This document shows, in pieces, positions 41,089-42,171 of a stretch of DNA of 42,171 bases. A program made the translations under genes and the position numbers. Position 1 is the stretch's first letter. Each line of letters begins with the position of its first letter. The stretch lies in the NCBI GenBank assembly GCA_033762295.1, contig JANRLW010000004.1, positions 1 to 42,171 on the forward strand. The letters are read 5' to 3'. Under the pieces are notes generated by a model that was not told where the DNA came from, searched no databases, and saw only the letters and a list, made by a program, of their open reading frames with translations. The DNA comes from Capsulimonadales bacterium (GTDB lineage Bacteria; Armatimonadota; Armatimonadia; Armatimonadales; Armatimonadaceae).

Positions 41089-41390
41089 GGGAAGAAGACA
41101 ACGAAACGTTTTTTGAAATGGTATTTCTGCCAAAGTCTCTGGCCGATCATGGTTTTCGTGGAAGAGACGAGATCGAAGATCCGTTGGACCAATTGTTGAC
41201 CTCAAACGGTTTCGGCGAAGTGACTGGCGGCGGTAGTGGCGTTCGCGGAACAAATATCGACTTCGTTCTGGAATCGGGTTCTCTGGAGGTGGCTCTGCCT
41301 GTCGTCAAGCGTTTTATGCGGGATGCTAAACTCCCACCTACCACCCGTCTTGTGCAACGTCTGCCGGTTTTACAGGAGCATTCCTGGTAG
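41085..41390 (+). CDS. Putative immunity protein for orphan toxin 2
   Basis: ATGA overlap with the toxin stop; 101 aa; EIEDPLD..GFGEVTGGGS. Confidence 0.7.
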   Translation: MREEDNETFFEMVFLPKSLADHGFRGRDEIEDPLDQLLTSNGFGEVTGGGSGVRGTNIDFVLESGSLEVALPVVKRFMRDAKLPPTTRLVQRLPVLQEHSW

Positions 41391-41460
41391 GGCGTCCCGG
41401 CCGGACGGATTTTTGATTTGAAGCGCTATTGCAAAAGTAGGGAGTTGTCGAACGAGCAAT

Positions 41461-41932
41461 TTGGTCGCCGTCGGTCTCTCGGATCGTTCCGGCAGGATCG
41501 TGGAACGGATCGCAGCGACGCCTGAGCATCCGTTCTTCACGACCCGAGGTCAGGTAAAAGCGGGAGACCTGGGGATCGGGACGGAGATCCTGACCCGCGC
41601 CGGTCCGCCGCTGGTCGTCGCGAAAGTGGAACGTGTCACTCGCCCGGAAGGGGTTGCGGTCTACAACTTCGAAGTCGAGGGCGACGCCAAAGCGGGGGAG
41701 AAGGCGCATAGCTACTTCGTCGGACAAGCCAGCGGCGGAGCCTGGGTACACAATGGGTGCACTTTCGTTGTCTGGGTTGCCGAACCACGTGGGACGGGAA
41801 GTGCGGCCGTTTTTGAGGATGGTGCGATGGGAGCCCGGTCATTGGTCAAACTTCGTTCGAAAATCGTTCCCGCTTTGGTCTATGACAACCCGAACGTTGA
41901 TGCTGGAAGCAGTCGCGGTTATTCTTACGTTA
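41461..41932 (+). pseudogene. Orphan toxin 3: HINT C-half plus toxin tip interrupted by IS630
   Basis: Close match to 35637-35927; AWVHN-GC, then novel sequence (VPALVYDNPN) up to the IS end. Confidence 0.75.
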
Positions 41933-42171
41933 TTGACCCGTTATTAAAGTCGTAAACCAGCCCTTTCGAAGCACGCTCGAATGATCTGAGGACGACGGCG
42001 CAGTTTCGCAACGGCCAACCCCAACTCGTACCGCAACTCAGGAACGTTCCGGCAACACACGTTCCCCAGACAACGCTTCAACCAGCGCCAAACCCCCTCA
42101 CCCGGATTCAACTCCGGGGCATACGCCGGAAGACGGATCAACCGCAAACGACGAGCAGCACCCGCCTGCAG
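41933..42171 (-). mobile_element. IS630-family element, partial (transposase C-terminus 41944 to window end)
   Basis: RLPAYAPELNPGEGVWRWLK DDE_3 motif; the end abuts a TA dinucleotide at 41931-41932. Confidence 0.85.

Noticed and set aside
39280..41424. Shared ATTTGAAGC upstream of orphans 1 and 3 as a recombination site
   Set aside because: Only 9 bp, and absent before orphan 2; chance cannot be excluded.
35358..41754. Diversity-generating retroelement TR/VR pair
   Set aside because: No reverse transcriptase in the window, and the mismatches are not adenine-specific; many are synonymous.

Overview
GC-rich bacterial window; gene content suggests Armatimonadota or a similar lineage (inference only). 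It begins with the 3' half of a 5S rRNA gene and its terminator, followed by mostly housekeeping genes: mgtE, an atypical OmpR-family regulator, a glycogen debranching enzyme, a PD-(D/E)XK nuclease, a polysaccharide deacetylase lipoprotein and nnr. Next is a compact seven-gene phospho-threonine signalling cluster (5 FHA domains, VWA, Zn-finger-RDD, PP2C, Ser/Thr kinase; 8850-17623), several minus-strand genes and a nucleoside-type ABC transporter. The last 17 kb is a polymorphic toxin locus. Its core is an ~3750-aa signal-peptide protein (choice-of-anchor-A-like domain, 11 Ig-like repeats, Rhs/YD shell, hydrophobic linker, HINT domain, GIY-YIG nuclease tip). Downstream lie an LRR immunity candidate and an array of orphan toxin/immunity cassettes that begin with near-identical copies of HINT-coding DNA rather than Rhs-core DNA. 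Three IS elements (IS982-like, IS1, IS630) interrupt the array. All family calls are by-eye motif recognition; no searches were run.
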